Below, piece after piece: positions 63,877 to 64,000 of a DNA stretch of 64,000 nt (the first letter of the stretch is position 1; each line of letters begins with the position of its first letter). The stretch is from Schmidtea nova (taxonomy: Eukaryota): assembly GCA_044892505.1 (NCBI GenBank), contig CM097883.1:57722001-57786000 (forward strand). Direction: 5' to 3'. Position numbers and translations under genes: made by a program. A model generated the notes under the pieces. It ran no database searches. It was not told where the DNA came from and saw only the letters and a list, made by a program, of their open reading frames with translations.

Positions 63877-64000
63877 TCACCTTTTAATCTTTTTAATCTT
63901 TTTTAATCTTAATATCACTAATTCCCATAATGATAAGATTATAGATCAAAATTTCTTTAAATAAGTACACAATATTTCGGCACAGCCTTTATCAAGTGTG
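63877..64000. repeat. Hairpin repeat family A, leader and left arm (runs off the window)
   Basis: TTCACCTTTT...ATAGATCAAAATT...AATATTTCGGCACAGCCTTTATCAAGTGTG. Confidence 0.88.

Overview
Very AT-rich, gap-ridden (many N runs) eukaryotic scaffold, most likely from an invertebrate animal; the taxon cannot be fixed from sequence alone. One host gene is clear: three spliced exons of a thioredoxin-domain gene TXNDC17/TRP14 (17051-24985, last exon not found). A frameshifted CAF1/CNOT7-like deadenylase pseudogene lies at ~11.35-11.85 kb. The rest is dominated by mobile DNA. (i) The right end of a Maverick/Polinton (1-6302) carries a protein-primed PolB whose frame is open from base 1 except for one TAA. 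Its terminal region is built from arrays of E2F-type (TTTGGCGCGAAA), AP-1-type (TGACTCA) and HMG-box-type (CTTTGTT) motifs. A second, diverged Maverick terminus at 51.3-52.67 kb keeps the AP-1 and HMG motifs. (ii) Fragmented Maverick genes lie at 35-43.7 kb, split by a SPIN-like hAT and a solo LTR. (iii) An intact hAT-like (probably hATm) element with a predicted two-exon 748-aa transposase and two identical Tc1/IS630-like DD34E elements forming a perfect 3.1-kb palindrome all sit in one (TA)n tract. (iv) There are Gypsy, mariner, Tc1, hAT and Penelope relics, hAT MITEs and solo LTRs with verifiable target-site duplications. (v) Many fold-back/hairpin repeats occur, two inverted-repeat pairs bracket retroelement cargo, and one palindrome carries a minimal hammerhead-ribozyme motif. 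No rRNA, tRNA or CRISPR array was seen.
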